Positions 37,536 through 50,772 of a stretch of 64,000 nucleotides of DNA are shown here, piece by piece. The notes under the pieces are model-generated. The model did not search any database. It worked only from the letters and a program-made list of their open reading frames with translations, and was not told where the DNA came from. A program made the translations under genes and the position numbers. This DNA is from Sminthopsis crassicaudata (taxonomy: Eukaryota): NCBI RefSeq assembly GCF_048593235.1, contig NC_133619.1, positions 500,925,644-500,989,643 on the forward strand, written 5' to 3'. Each line of letters starts with the position of its first letter. Position 1 is the first letter of the stretch.

Positions 37536-40500
37536 TGACATGAAACCATGTAGTTTTAATAAAAGAAACTGAGACTTTTTTTGTCCATATATATACATGT
37601 TAGATTTCTACCTCCCATATCATTTGACTTTAAAAAAATTGATCCATTGAAGGAACTATCCAACAAATATTTAAAGTTAACATCAGAGTTTTAGGACTTC
37701 TTATAGGTAGAATTCATCTGTATATATATATTTTTCTGAATTAAAGATTCAGTATAATATATAATTTTTAAAAAATGAAACATTGTACATCCAAAAGAGT
37801 ATTTTTTTGGTCCATCTTGCTCATTGTTTAGTTACCTCACCTCACTTCAGAGTTTTAATACCTTACAGTATAGTTTTTGTAGTTTATATTTTGCCATTAA
37901 ATATTATGGTAATGCTAATTATACTTTGTAGGTATACTTACTGTAGTAATAATATTGGCATCTTTATTGAAGTTAGGACCCATAACCATATAAGACATTT
38001 GATATGATGTCATTTGTGTAGGTTTTCAAATTGGATTGCTACTGGATGCTATATTTCATTTTCCTAAAGAACATTTATCTTTCTTATTGATTTGATATTC
38101 TTTTTTCCTGGTTTTCATGTGCTTACAACAGCATAGGATAACATTGAATTAGTAATATCTTACTGTTTAATTCTTATAAAAGTCTTTAGGACTAGGATTT
38201 CTTTGGTGCATGTTGGTGCTTATCTTCAGGTGTTTTGGTGTTTACCAATATATAGTAGTTGTGCCCTGTTACTACCGCATAATACATGATGGGTTTACAT
38301 GCCAGGAGTGTTTTTTGAGTCCTATCAGTAATGTAAAGCAGCTTCTCCATGATAGGATGGCACAATGCACATGCAATGTCTGACCCAGTTCTCATTATAG
38401 GTTGGAGTTACAGAGTTACACAAGGAATGTACTTTTATTGAATCTTTTTATGTAATTGTACCTAAGGATTTCTTGTTGGAATGTTGAAAGTCATTTTAGA
38501 ATACTGTGTATGTTTCTAGGTCTAAGAGAAACAACTTGAGGTAAATAACTGTGATTAAAAAGGCTTTGAAAATTTTCCAATATTCATGTTAAAGTTCACT
38601 TGCAGCTAAGATTTTTTTAAAATATAGGTTTTGCTTTCATATAATATACAGTTCTAGTTCATTACTATAAAGAGGGATTTGTAATGAACTGTGCTTGATC
38701 TGTAATGTTTCAGAAATCCTAATACCTTGTCTTATTGTTATTTCTTTCCTACTGTCATTGTCTACCATACTGTGCTTTATAGAAATGTGTCCTTCTTTCT
38801 CTGTTCTTAATTGGTTAATTACAACCCCAGATCCAACTACAGTAATGACAGCATACTTGCCAAGAAAAACTGTGCTTTTGGAATAGTCAATAGTGCTAAA
38901 ATATTACTCATATCTTAATGAATAATTGATGTTATATGATAACTGAAACATTGGGCTTACTCCTGTTGCCCATTCCCCAAATTAGTGCAAGTTAGATACA
39001 GTCTTTCATCTTTTCTAGTTCTGCATTTGTTGTAGGTATTTTTTAAAAAATTGTTGTAAGAATTTGAAAATAATGATTTCAGTTTTTGAGTTTTGTGGTT
39101 ATTATTTTTCCCTATGAAGTCAATAGCCAAAGACAAGCTTGCAAATCTACCTTTGTGAAGTGCTGGATTTGTAGTTAGTGTTGAAGTTGCATGCTATTTG
39201 AAAAGAAATCCTTTTGATGCTTGCCACATTGTCTTTTAAAAATAATCTCCTTAAATCCTTTTTCATAATTTCTCTATCCATAACTTTGCCTCTTAATACG
39301 CTTAAGCAAATCTTAAGCTTTATACTGTGGATGCCAGAATTGTCTTATCTTCTGAATTCTTGGTTTCCTGTATTCTAGAGACAGAAAGAAATAGTTAGTT
39401 TAGTGCCTATTTGGAAGAGAATACAACAGGAACACTTGACTTTTTTTTTTTTTTTTTTAATGTACTAATGTTGTGAATAAACCCCAAGTTGGATCTCATA
39501 CCCTTCTCTGTGTGTGTAATGAGAAACACATTGATTTTGATTGCAGCGGGCAACTAGTCACTGTCGCCTTTTTCTGTTTGTGACCCTTGATCCCAATGAC
39601 CTTTCCTGGGGTTAGTCTTAGGCCTTTTTCATTGGGATGGGTTGAAGTGGTTCATGTGGAGTTGATTATTTCCTTGCTCGTCTGGCCTTTTTGGTGCCAT
39701 AATTCCAAGTCACTTCCATTTTCTTCCCCTGCTTTTGGCTCTCCACAGTGAAAGGAAATGCTTCTGTTGGCCACAGGATCAGTTTGTATGCTTGGCTGAC
39801 TCAATTGAGACCCAGGAGAAGTTGGGGGAAGGGCACTGAAGTCTGTAGGTGCTGCATTTTCTTTAAAGGTTGATTGTGAATGATTGAGATAATTAGCTGT
39901 TTTTAAGAATAGGAACTACGAGAAATTATTTCAAAAGCTGCCCTTTAAATTGAGAGAGCTTTGAGTTCTGGGAAGAGAGGGTGTTGAGTTATAGACAGAA
40001 GGTTGTAGGGGCCATATTTTATATCCAACAGCTCTGCTTAATAATATAGATAGGTGTTTCCCACTAACTGAGCTGTGTAATATGCCAAGATATCCATCAG
40101 TGTCAAATGCATGACTACTTTAAAGGATTTCTTAGTTTCTAAAAGAAACCATTAGAGGTTACTACTTAACTATTAGGTGCACTATATCTATTGCTACTGA
40201 ACTGCTAATCACCTCCTCCTCCTCTAACCTGTCTCCAATAAAATCAAGGAAGGATGTGTACCAGCTGTTACTCTCATTTTGCCAAACCCCATGTGGGCAG
40301 CATGAAGACAGTCACTGATCAAAGCCCTCTGGTGATCATGGAGGAGTCAACAGCTAAAGGAATGTGTCTGATTACTTTCTTTTACAACTCTAGACTCCAA
40401 GACCTTTTAAAGGTGTTTGAGTGTGAAATTTAATGATATTGTTCAGCTCACTTTAATAAAGCCTGAGTGTTTGATTTCATTTCTGGGCTATTTGTTGTCT

Positions 40501-41303
40501 TGAAGTTTTTCGTGTGAACAACTGTACTTCGAATATGAAAAGAAAAGAAAAAATAAATTACTATATACTTATTTTTTTCTCAGTAGGTTTTTCCTTTAGA
40601 GCTTTCTTCCTTCTTTTTTACACTGATAATTTTGTTTTGTCCCATTGTACAAATGCCAATATACTTAAACCCCCCAAATTTATAATCTCCTTAAATAGTT
40701 AAGGATAGTAGAGTGATTTCCAACTGATAATGCATACAGCCTCATCTAACATACTTTACAAATTAGTATCAAAGTCAATCTGTTGTCATGTAAAGTGCTT
40801 TTTATTTATATACTATAGCAGTTGTTTATATTGTTCCCTTGGTTTTATTTTGTTCATTCTGCATCACAGGTTTGTCCACATTTCTTTGAATTTTTCATAG
40901 TTGTTTGTTATAGCTAGGTTATGTCTTAAAATTGTTTTGCTACTATGTCTGCTATAAAGCAGATGATATGTTCGTGCCAAACAAGGGAGCCATGAAAAAA
41001 CTTAATTACATGTGAAGAAAGCTAGTTTTATTTAAATTATATATATGTATATACTAATATATAGTACATACTATATATATATATATACGTAAATATATAT
41101 AAGTATATACTAGATTTGGAGAAGATATTATTACATTCTCTACCTTCTGAGAGTTTACTATATAGTTATTAGGGATACACAACACGTAGAATGATTGCAA
41201 AGTAATAACAAAACAATGTATCAATAAATGTAAAGTTAATATAGAATAAGGAGTGCTAAAAGAGAAAAGACTTCTTGGAGGTGAGTTTCGATTCAGAATT
41301 TAA

Positions 41304-41306
<3 letters not shown>

Positions 41307-41340
<34 letters not shown>
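41307..41340. repeat. (AT)17 microsatellite
   Basis: Read directly. Confidence 0.95.
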
Positions 41341-41343
<3 letters not shown>

Positions 41344-42289
41344 TATCAGTCTATGTTTGCTCTTCACTAATTCCTTTAATTAAAAAATCCAAAGCAAGTT
41401 TGCGTTTCTTTGTACCTCTTTAAATTAAGTTTGTATTATATTGTATATATATATTGTATTATAAGACTCTTTCTCATTCCTTCTGGAATGTAGTCATTTG
41501 CAATTTTAATTTATTTTGCAATTTTATATTATTTTGTTCCAAAAGGGATAGTATATATGGCATAATTGCACTTTTGTTAAAACTATTTCATGGCATTATT
41601 CTGTTACATTGATTGAACATTTCTTTTTTGAGGTTTTTATGGGGAGTTTATAGTGAAGAAGCAATGATTGTTGTCATTAGTATGGTAAAAAGTGAGGTTA
41701 CTGAAAGTTCATTGCATTCCTAAGCATGTCTTTCATCATGGTCAAGCAGTTAGAAGCTCCTAAAGTTATCTTAGATTTTATATAGAAGATAGTGGATTTT
41801 TGTTGATTATTTGAATCATCAATTTGTGAAAAGGGAAAGAGCCTTCATAGTAGAAATGGCAGCATCTTAGAAGGCACTTCTTATAATCTGTTTTTCTGTG
41901 ACATCATTTAAGCTGTCATGAAAATGAGAGAGAAGAGAAGAAGAGATCTGATGTGTTTGGAAGAGGCAGAGAAGTAAGTGTTGGACTTAGAAGGGTTAAA
42001 GAGAGGTCTACCTAGACTGTTCTAGTAATCCTGTGACTAATTTTCTTCTTGTAGTATTTTCTCTTATTGCAATGCCTCCTGCAGGTCATGCTAGATAAGA
42101 TTAACCATTCTGAGAGCAAAACTTTAATCTCCTAATTCCTCTAATTAAAAAAGAAAATCTTAGAGTAAATTAGAATTGGAAGAGACTTCAAAGGTTATCT
42201 AGTTTAGCTTCCTTACTTTACAGATGAGGTGAATTATTAGTTTACCATTTATCTACTGACTAAAGCCCAAACTTCTTTGCCTGTCATTT

Positions 42290-42915
42290 TTATTTATTTA
42301 TTTATTTTTTAATAATAGCTTTTTATTTTCAAAATACATACAGAATTAGGTTTTCAACATTTACCCTAGCAAAACCTTTTATTCCAAATTTTTCTCCCTT
42401 CCCCCACTCCTCTCCCCAGACAGCACGTAATTCAATATATGTTAAATATGCGCAATTCTTCTATACATATTTCCACAATTATGCTGCACAAGAAAAATCA
42501 GATCAAAAAGGGGGCAAATGAGAAAAAAAGCCAAGCACATAACAAAAAAGATGAAAATGCAATGTTGTGATCCACATTCAGTCTCCACTCTCTGTGGGTG
42601 CAGATGGATCCATCACAAATCTATTGGAATTGGCCTGAATCCCCTCTTTGTTGAAGAACCAAGCCTTTCAGAATTGATCATCACATAATCTTGTTGCTGT
42701 GTACAATGTTTTCTTGGTGTTCTGCTCACTTCACTTAGCATCATGTAAGTCTCTCCAGGTCTCTCTGAAATCATCCTGTTGATCATTTCTTATAGAACAA
42801 TAATATTCCATTACATTCATATGCCATAACTTATTTCCCCAACTGATGGGCGTCCATTCACTTTCCAGTTCCTTGCCACTCCAAAAAGAGCTGCTACAAA
42901 CATTTTTGTACAAAC
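42290..42915 (-). mobile_element. L1 3' fragment
   Basis: aataatagctttttattttcaaaatacata...catgtaagtctctccaggtctctctgaaatcatcctg...aaagagctgctacaaacatttttgtaca. Confidence 0.8.
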
Positions 42916-42999
42916 CAGGTAGACCAGCTGGTAGGAAATGGAAAGATGGCTGAAAAAATTCTGAGCTTTTTATAAGGGGAGGCTTTTGGAAGTTTTGCT

Positions 43000-43430
43000 T
43001 TGCCCTCAAGCTCCTCCAATCATAAGGGAGACAATATTTGTGGGTTATGCTTAAATCAAGATTTTGACTGTCTTTTAGCTGAGGTGGAGTAGAAAAGTCA
43101 TGAGAATTGAATAGCCTGAGGAACTTGGAAATCAGGGTTTTTGAGGAAGATCATTTACTTTTTGATGGAGTATCAATATGTCTATTGAAGACCTCTAGTA
43201 TAAGAGCAAAAGTTGGCAGACTGTGTGAGCCAGGCATTGAACTTATTGAAGAGGAAAAGGGAATGTTTTGAGAGTTCAGTAGATAATGGTCATCAGATTC
43301 TGAATTAGGTGATAAATTTAAATAATAGGAACTTCAGAAAAAAAGAGGGGTTGCTAGAAGTGATAGAAGTAAAATTTGGAAATGGCAGTGAGGAGTTTGA
43401 GAGTCATAAAATTTGGCTAAAAATGCTAAG
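43000..43430 (-). mobile_element. L2 fragment
   Basis: Purine-rich eroded L2 internal sequence (gagaattgaatagcctgaggaac...ggaaatggcagtgaggagt). Confidence 0.45.
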
Positions 43431-44794
43431 ATTTTGTGCATTTAGAGATTTTCATATAATTGTTCAATAATGATTAATTCCAGTGCTGAATCACAAAGAA
43501 TGCTAAATTAGGTTTGGGTCCTGGTACCTGAGCCATAACTAGAAAATTTGTCAGGGAGAAAAACAGTTGAGAATGTGTTGTAATTACAGAAGACAGACTA
43601 TTTTTGTTATGATTGGGTTAAGAGGGAAAATACTCCACTCCCCAAAGGAGAAAATGGGGTTTCTTTGGAATTGGGGAGAAGTAGGAATCCCAGAAGGGGA
43701 GTCACATGGAATTGGGTCCTAGGGCTGTGTTGGCCTAGGCCAAGCAAGTTATTGACATCATTCTGCTTTGTTCAGGCTAAGTATAGAGATGACAGTTGCC
43801 TAGTTAAGGCAACAAGATATTACCTAATTTAATGAATTCCTAAACATAAGGGTGTGGATCTGCGATTTTATTGTGTAAGAAATTTCTGAATGAAAAAGTT
43901 TCTTCTACCAGCTCAGAGCCTCCAAATCGGAGCCCTCATGGTAACTTAGTTTTAGAGAGTTACCTGTGGTATTGAGATGATACATGATTTGTTCAGAGGA
44001 TTTTTTTTTTAGTTATTGAAGAAATGTGCCCCACTTCTTTCTTATTAACGCAATATATTTCAAAATAAATTACAGTGCTTTGTTCAGACTCTATTATGTT
44101 TTTTAAAGTAAGGAAATGATTCTTCTGTGTTAAATATATGTGTGTGTGTTTGTGTGTGTAGCACACATGTATCTTTTGTTGCTCTTTAAAAGAAAATTAA
44201 TTTAATGTTTAAAATTCTGAAAAAATTATATTGCATCAGAGGTGATTTGTATTTATAAATTAATTCTACTTATTTCCTAAGCCTAAAAGAAATGAAGAGA
44301 AGTGTAGTGATTCAGAAAGATAGTAGCGATTATCCTTTGTGAAAGCAAAGGCATTACTTCAAAACCAAAGAAATTAAATAGAGAAATTCAGGAAAATCTT
44401 TTCCCAAAGGTTCTTCTTGACAGCATAGTAGAAAGACATTATAAAAGCAGTAGGTTCACAACCTGAGCAGCAAGTTAAGTAAAGAACAACCTCTCCCAAT
44501 CTGTGTCCTTCTCAGTGTTTGCCCTCAGCAAAAGTTCCTCAGGTCAGAGTTCTCTCAAAGTAGCGGGGATCTGTAAGCTGTCAATTCTGGGGAGGGAATG
44601 TGGGGATCCAAACAGCGTACTGAAAAAAAAATTACAGGGCATCATGAGGCATGCACAAATTAGAGATTGACTTTAGGGTAATATTTCCCTTCTAATTTTA
44701 AGTCAAGGCTCATATGCTCTTTTCTTCTTTCAACAGAAGACTTAAGTCTATAGATCTTTATGAAAAGTACATGAATTTTTTTAAAAACTGAAAC

Positions 44795-45010
44795 TTTTAT
44801 TTCATTGGTATGGGAAACTCCTTTTGTGGAAACTTCCTCTACTGATACAGATAAGCAAGTCATGAGTAGGTTTTTAAGATTTTAGAAAGTTGCTAAGAGG
44901 AAGTGTGGAAAGAGCCTTAATCACATAGTTGGTGTCAGAGAGAGGCCTCAAAACCCAGCTTTTCCTAACTACATGATCCCTGCATTAGCCATTACTCTGC
45001 ATTGTCTTCA
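44795..45010 (-). mobile_element. Marsupial CORE-SINE (MAR1b-like tail)
   Basis: atttcattggtatgggaaactcc...ggaaacttcctctactgatacagat..., the reverse complement of the tail at 17041-17155. Confidence 0.55.
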
Positions 45011-45569
45011 TTAGAAACTGGCACATTGCTTTCCATCTAGATAATTAATGACCTGAAGAAGACTATAACTTAGACACGCCATTTGAAATAATGGCTTTGT
45101 CTTAAAAACCTTAGCCTGGTGAGAGAAATATTCTGTACTTGGAGGTGATATTACATCCAGTTATCCCATTTTTCTTGTTTCTTACAGGTGCATAAAGAGT
45201 AGTATTTACTCTTAGGTACCTGTGAGCATGATGACAGCTCTTAAAACCTTTAGTTTTTTCCTTTGTTACTCTCAGAACTGTACAGAAAAGTATTGCTAGT
45301 ATATAATGGCTGCTAATTTGGAGTGAGAGGCTGGAAGGGGGAAACCAAAGGACCTTTTTTTTTATTTCTGTTCACTTGCATAAAATGGATAATCAAATAT
45401 ATTTCTCTTGGTTCCAATGAACTATATTATTATAGATTATCATAATTTTCCCTATATTTCAGGTTATCACACAGGCTATATTAAACTCCAGTCATACAAT
45501 ATCTGAAACTAGGTATTTAACCTTACCCCTGCTCTGTGTTCTCCCAAGTTAGTTGCTTCTATTGCTACT

Positions 45570-45815
45570 TTGGGCTGCTAGGTGATAATGTAGAGAGAGT
45601 GCAAGAAAGTAGATAGAGTGCCAGACCTAGAGTCAGGACAAACGAGTTCAAATTCAGCCAACGTCACTTACTAGCTTTGTGATCCTGGGCAAGTCATTTA
45701 ATCCTGTGTGCCTCAGTTTCCTTATCCATAAAATGAACTGGAGAAATATCTTTGCCAAGAAAACCCCAAATGTGGTGATGAAGAAATGGTGATAACTAAA
45801 ATGACTGACAATAAC
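45570..45815 (+). mobile_element. MAR1-like CORE-SINE with RTE tail
   Basis: ctagagtcaggacaaacgagttcaaattcagcc...cctcagtttccttatccataaaatgaactggagaa...tctttgccaagaaaaccccaaatg. Confidence 0.8.
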
Positions 45816-46624
45816 GAGGCAATTAGGTGGTACAGTAGGTAGAGCTGGGAGTTGGAATCAGGAAGACAAGTTTGAAGCCAGCCTCCAACAATAGTTTTAT
45901 GGTCCTGAACAAGTCCATTAATTTCTTTGTCTCATTTGAAACTTGGGGATAATAATAACACTTCTCAGACTTGTGAGAACACAATGAGTTTATATAGGTA
46001 AAATGTTTTACAAACCTTAAAGCATTAACTGGCTGATTTATGCTGATGATAAAGACCAAGGAAAAATACTGGTTTGTGCAGTTGTGATAAAAGTAGTGGA
46101 TAAAAGAAAATCCTAAAAATAATGGTATTTCATTAGAATTTGATTTTAGTGTGGCAGCATGCTGATTAAAAAAAATTGTAAACATATGTAGTTTTCTAAG
46201 TTGCTGTTTTGATCATTTGCCTTTAAAAATTTCCATGAAGTGTCAGCAGCTTTGTGAATATATATATATATATGTATTTAGAAAAACTATGCTCAGTCAT
46301 GAAATCTGTGAATATGCATGGAACAAATTGAAACCATGCTATGTAACTTATCAGCAGTGACTTTTTACCCCATTTCATCAAAAGCTCTGGGTAAAGAGCA
46401 GAGGTCTTGTGTCAAGGGTGGTTACTCTGAAATTGAAGGTTCTGAGTTTCCCAAGGCCCAAGGGAATGCAACTTGAAATGCCTTCTTCTGCCACCCTAAT
46501 TTATCTCTTTTTATAATATCATCCATAATTACTCAGCCCAGTGCTTGGATTTGAAAGAAATTCAGTTGCTCTCCCATTCAGGATTCCCAGAGTAAAAGTT
46601 GCTTTATTCTATATTAAGCATATA

Positions 46625-47170
46625 CATTTATTCTTTAAATTTTTTTTGAAGTTTTATTCATTTGTGCATTGCCTTTTCTTTTTCTCTCTTCTCCCCATGG
46701 GGAAACAAAATAAAATCCTTGTAACAAATGATAGTCAAGCAAAACAAAATTTCACATTGGCTGCATCCAAAAATTGTGTCTCATTCTATATTTTGAATCT
46801 GTCTCCTCTATCAGATGTCATTACTTCTCTCAAATCATGGTTGCACTTCACTTTGATCAGAGTTCCCAAGTCTTTCAAAGTGGTTTGTCTTTACAGTGTT
46901 GTTATTTTAGAAATTGTTTTTCTGTTTCTGCTCATTTCACTCTGCATCAGTTCTTAAAGTTTTCCTTAGTTTCTCTGAAACTTCCCCTTTCATTATTTCT
47001 TATAGTTCAATAATATTCTATTACATGCATATACCATAATATATTCTCTATTCTCCAATACATATTTACTCCTCTCATTTCCAACTCTTTGCTATAACAA
47101 AAAAGAACTGTTACAGATGTTTTTATATGTAAGGGTCACTTCCTTCCTTCTTGGATCTCTTTGGAATATA
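46625..47170 (-). mobile_element. Old L1 3' fragment
   Basis: gttttctgtttctgctcatttcactctgcatcagttc...agttcaataatattctattacatgcatataccataat. Confidence 0.7.
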
Positions 47171-47399
47171 AGCTTTCATTCTTCACCATTCATTTACCAT
47201 CATAAGCGCTTTCATTGGATAGCTGAACACCTCTTAAGTGTTCAACATCTCTTAAGTGTCTAGAAGTTTAGAAGGGATACAAAGGTAATTAAGACATAGT
47301 CCTTATCTTTATGTAGGCCAGAAGTTAGCCAGAATGTGACACCAATCCAAGTGTTAAATGACAGTGACTAAAATAATTATAATGTAGGAAAGACTAAAG

Positions 47400-47531
47400 T
47401 CTTTTTTGTTTTATAAGGCAATTGGGATTAAGTGATTTGCCAAGGGTCACACAGCTAATAAATATCAAGTATCTGAAGCTACATTTGAACTCCAGGTTCT
47501 CCTGCTCTATTCACTGCACTATCCAGCTTCC
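47400..47531 (-). mobile_element. WSINE1-like SINE (internally deleted)
   Basis: aaggcaattgggattaagtgatttgccaagggtcacacagcta...tttgaactccagg. Confidence 0.75.
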
Positions 47532-47904
47532 CCTCCCCAAAGTTTTAGTGAAGTTTTAAGCTATTAAAACTTATTTAAGCATCTAAGGCTTAAAATTGCA
47601 CTGAGATTTTGGGGATAAGACAAGGAAGGCAGGATCATTTCTGGCTGTGAAATCAGGTCAGACTTCATGGAGTAGTTCTACCTACCTAAATCTTTGCTAG
47701 AGTCAGGACTATATTGCATCTAAACTTAATCTAGCATTACGGTTTGGAGCATATATTAGGTACCTCAATGTTTATTGAGGAAAGAATATTCATGGTTCCT
47801 AGATTTGATTCCTGGCCACCCATGACCTTGTTTGAATAGAAAAGTCACTTATTCTTTCTAGACCTTAGTTTCTTTATCTGTTAAAGGAGAGGATTGGCAT
47901 AGAT

Positions 47905-48040
47905 CAGAAGTGTCAAATAAGTGGCCCATAACCCTTCTAACTGCAGCCCAAATCAGATTAAAATGTAGTTCCTAGATGAACTACAGTTCATCATGGGCAA
48001 TTTAGTGACTCCTGTTCATGTATTTGATTTTGACATTACT
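47905..48040. mobile_element. Possible hAT-type MITE remnant
   Basis: Ends cagaagtgtcaaata ... tatttgattttgacattac are loosely inverted; internal cagattaaaatgta recurs inverted at ~56925 (tacattttaatctg). Confidence 0.35.
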
Positions 48041-49344
48041 CAAAATTGATGGTCTCAAAGATTCTTTCTGGGTATAAATCTGTGTGCTATTTTTATAACT
48101 TCCAAACTACTTTCATATTTGTCTCCCTCTTTCCTTTCTTATCTACAAATCCATTTTTTTTCTGAAATTTTCCAAAAGTTTTAATTTATCAGCTTTGAAT
48201 AGGTAACATCATCATTAGTTAGAGAGAGTCTCTGTATATTTTAGTATATGTATATTTCACACTTTCATTTATTTCCTTGACTACTGACAAGAGGATTTCT
48301 TTGCTCTCCTCAGTAAGTCATTTGGGGACTAGTAGCATTGCTTTAGCAGTCAATAGGAACATGGACCTTTGCTGCTACCTTCTGAGATGTACCAGATGTT
48401 TAGATTGTGCTATTTGATAAGACATAATGCTTGAATGGATTTTGCTTTAATCTTAGAAAGGCTTCTGTCCTGTGGCTATAGACTATTTCAAAGGTCCTTT
48501 CTGGGTATAAATCTGCATGTGATATTTATATAACTTTCAAACTCCTGTCATTGGAAGCAGTAGCTCTTTTCTGGTTCTTATTTCTTACCTCTGGCCTAAT
48601 ATGACTTCTATTTTGTAAAGAACTTTTTTGTTTTGGGATCTTTGGGTATCTTGACATTCAGCTGCCACTGAATTCAATTAATTCAACAAAAGTAAAACAA
48701 TCCCTGCCTTCAAAGAGCTTATTTTGCTATATTTCTTTAATTTTACTGTCTTTTCCACCCAAAGATCTGGTTTTCTCTTTGGAGTCTTGTTACCGGGATT
48801 CATAAAAGATCAACTTTTAAAATAGCTAAAGCTCTTACCACATATAATCTCAAGCAATGGTCCCAGCAGAGCAGAAATCATACAGTTAGCTACATGCACA
48901 ATTGGGGTGGGAATATTTTTGCTGCATAATATTATGGTAAGATGTCAACCTCTAAACTGGAAGTGAATTGGCTAAAACTCCAATATAGTTTAAAAATAAT
49001 GTATTTATTAAAATAATAAAAATAATATAACAGATCAATTTAATATACTATCTACTGATAAGTCCTTTACAAATATCACATTTTGTTCTCACAACAACTT
49101 TGTGAGGTAGATGCTATCTTTACAATTGAGGAAATTGAGGCAAAGAATAGTTAAATGACTGGCCCAAGTTGCACAAATAGTATTTAAGGCAGGATTTGAA
49201 CTTAGTTTTTCCTGACCTCAGATTTGATAAAATGCTTGTAATTGATCATGTTGAATACAAAATTTTATTTTTCTTTGTGACTGAAATTGTTTGCATCTAC
49301 ATGTATTAGGGTAGGATTAGGAAACTTTTAAAAATGATGTGCCA

Positions 49345-49543
49345 TGTATACATATATTGTATTTAACTTATACTTTAACATATTTAACACGTATTGGTCA
49401 ACCTGCCATCTGGGGGAAGGGGTGGGGGAAGGAGGGGAAGAGTTGATAGATTTTTCAATTGTCAATGCTGGAAAACTACCTATGCATAAAATTTTTGTAA
49501 AAATGAATTTACTTATTTATTTAATTTTAAAAAGAATCAGAAA
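49345..49543 (+). mobile_element. 5'-truncated L1 3' end with TSD
   Basis: gtattggtcaacctgccatctgggggaagggg; TSD aaaaatgatgtgcca (49330-49344) / aaaaatgatatgcca (49544-49558). Confidence 0.8.
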
Positions 49544-49684
49544 AAAAATGATATGCCACAGTCAGAAATAATTTTCTTATTTTGTTTGTGTGAGCAGGAC
49601 AGTTGCCATACTGTTGACCATGACATAGCTTTTCTGTTTGGAGGGTTTACAGTAAAAGGATGTATGTACAGACAATCTCACAAA

Positions 49685-49830
49685 GAAAAGTCAATAAACA
49701 AGCCTTTATTAAATACTGTGTGCCAAGCACTGTGCTAAATGGTGGAGACACAACTGCAAGTAAAAAGAAAGACAATACCTGCTCTCAAGGAGTTTAAATT
49801 CTAATTAAGGAATAGTAAACATAAAGTGGG
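49685..49830 (-). mobile_element. L2 3' end
   Basis: tcaataaacaagcctttattaaatactgtgtgccaagcactgtgctaa...cctgctctcaaggagtttaaattcta. Confidence 0.75.
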
Positions 49831-50603
49831 AGCTAAAAAGGGAGGGTTATTACTGAAAGAGGGAGAGTAGGACTGGAGAAGTACTTGTGAGGAAGACAAG
49901 GTATGGGGTTCAGAGTGTGAAGGATAGTCAAGACTCTTATCCAATTAGAGGTTCTGGGAAGAACTCATTAGTGGAAGAAAGTGCCATAGTGATTGAAGGA
50001 GGCAGCTGAGGCTTGTTGGAGAAGAAATTAGCATTATCTCCTCATCTGTGAAAGTACCCTAGAGGAGGTGTAACTTGTCAACTTTTCTTATGTTTAAGGA
50101 TGACTCATTAATCACAGCACTTTCAACCAAAGTATTATAAGAAAAATGACACTTGATCAATGTTTCTTAGGTTGGGGCTATTTTTCCCCTTAAATCTGGA
50201 ATACATGTGTTGTAATGTTGTAGAGAGAATTCTTGTTTAGGTATGAGTTTGTCTTAGGTCTCTTTTAATTCTCAGATTCTGTGAGTCTGATTCTTATGAA
50301 ATCTAAACGATTAAATAACAAGCTTCTTGTTAGAATAATGTAAAATTTTTGAGAGCAGGACTTGTTCTCATTTCTGTCTTTCTACTGTTCTCTCCATTTC
50401 TTCTCCCTCTCTAGTGCTTGGTATAATTCTTATCATCTAGTAGGTATTTAATAAATACTTTTTTGAATTGAATATGTATTTGATTACAAGAGTATTGACC
50501 TCTCATAGAATGATCCACCAAATTGCTTTTCTAATAGGATTTATACTGATTTACCCCTGCACTCATCTAATTCCCTTTTTTGAGCAATAATAAGTATTTA
50601 TGC

Positions 50604-50772
50604 TTAGGATTGTAGATTTAGAGCTGAAAGACATCCTAGAGGATGTCTGGTCCAACCTCCTAATTTTACAAATGAGGAAACTGAGGTCCAGGAAAGTTAA
50701 GTAATCTTTCTGGGGTTACAAATGTCAGAGACAGAATTTGAACTTGAGTATCCTGACTCCAAATTCAACATG
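50604..50772 (-). mobile_element. MIR-family SINE
   Basis: gatttagagctgaaag...ttttacaaatgaggaaactgaggtccagg...gaatttgaacttgagtatcctgactcc. Confidence 0.8.

Noticed and set aside
39441-39920. Possible minus-strand processed pseudogene ending in the T18 tract
   Set aside because: No polyA signal on that strand, no TSD, no start codon and no recognisable protein.
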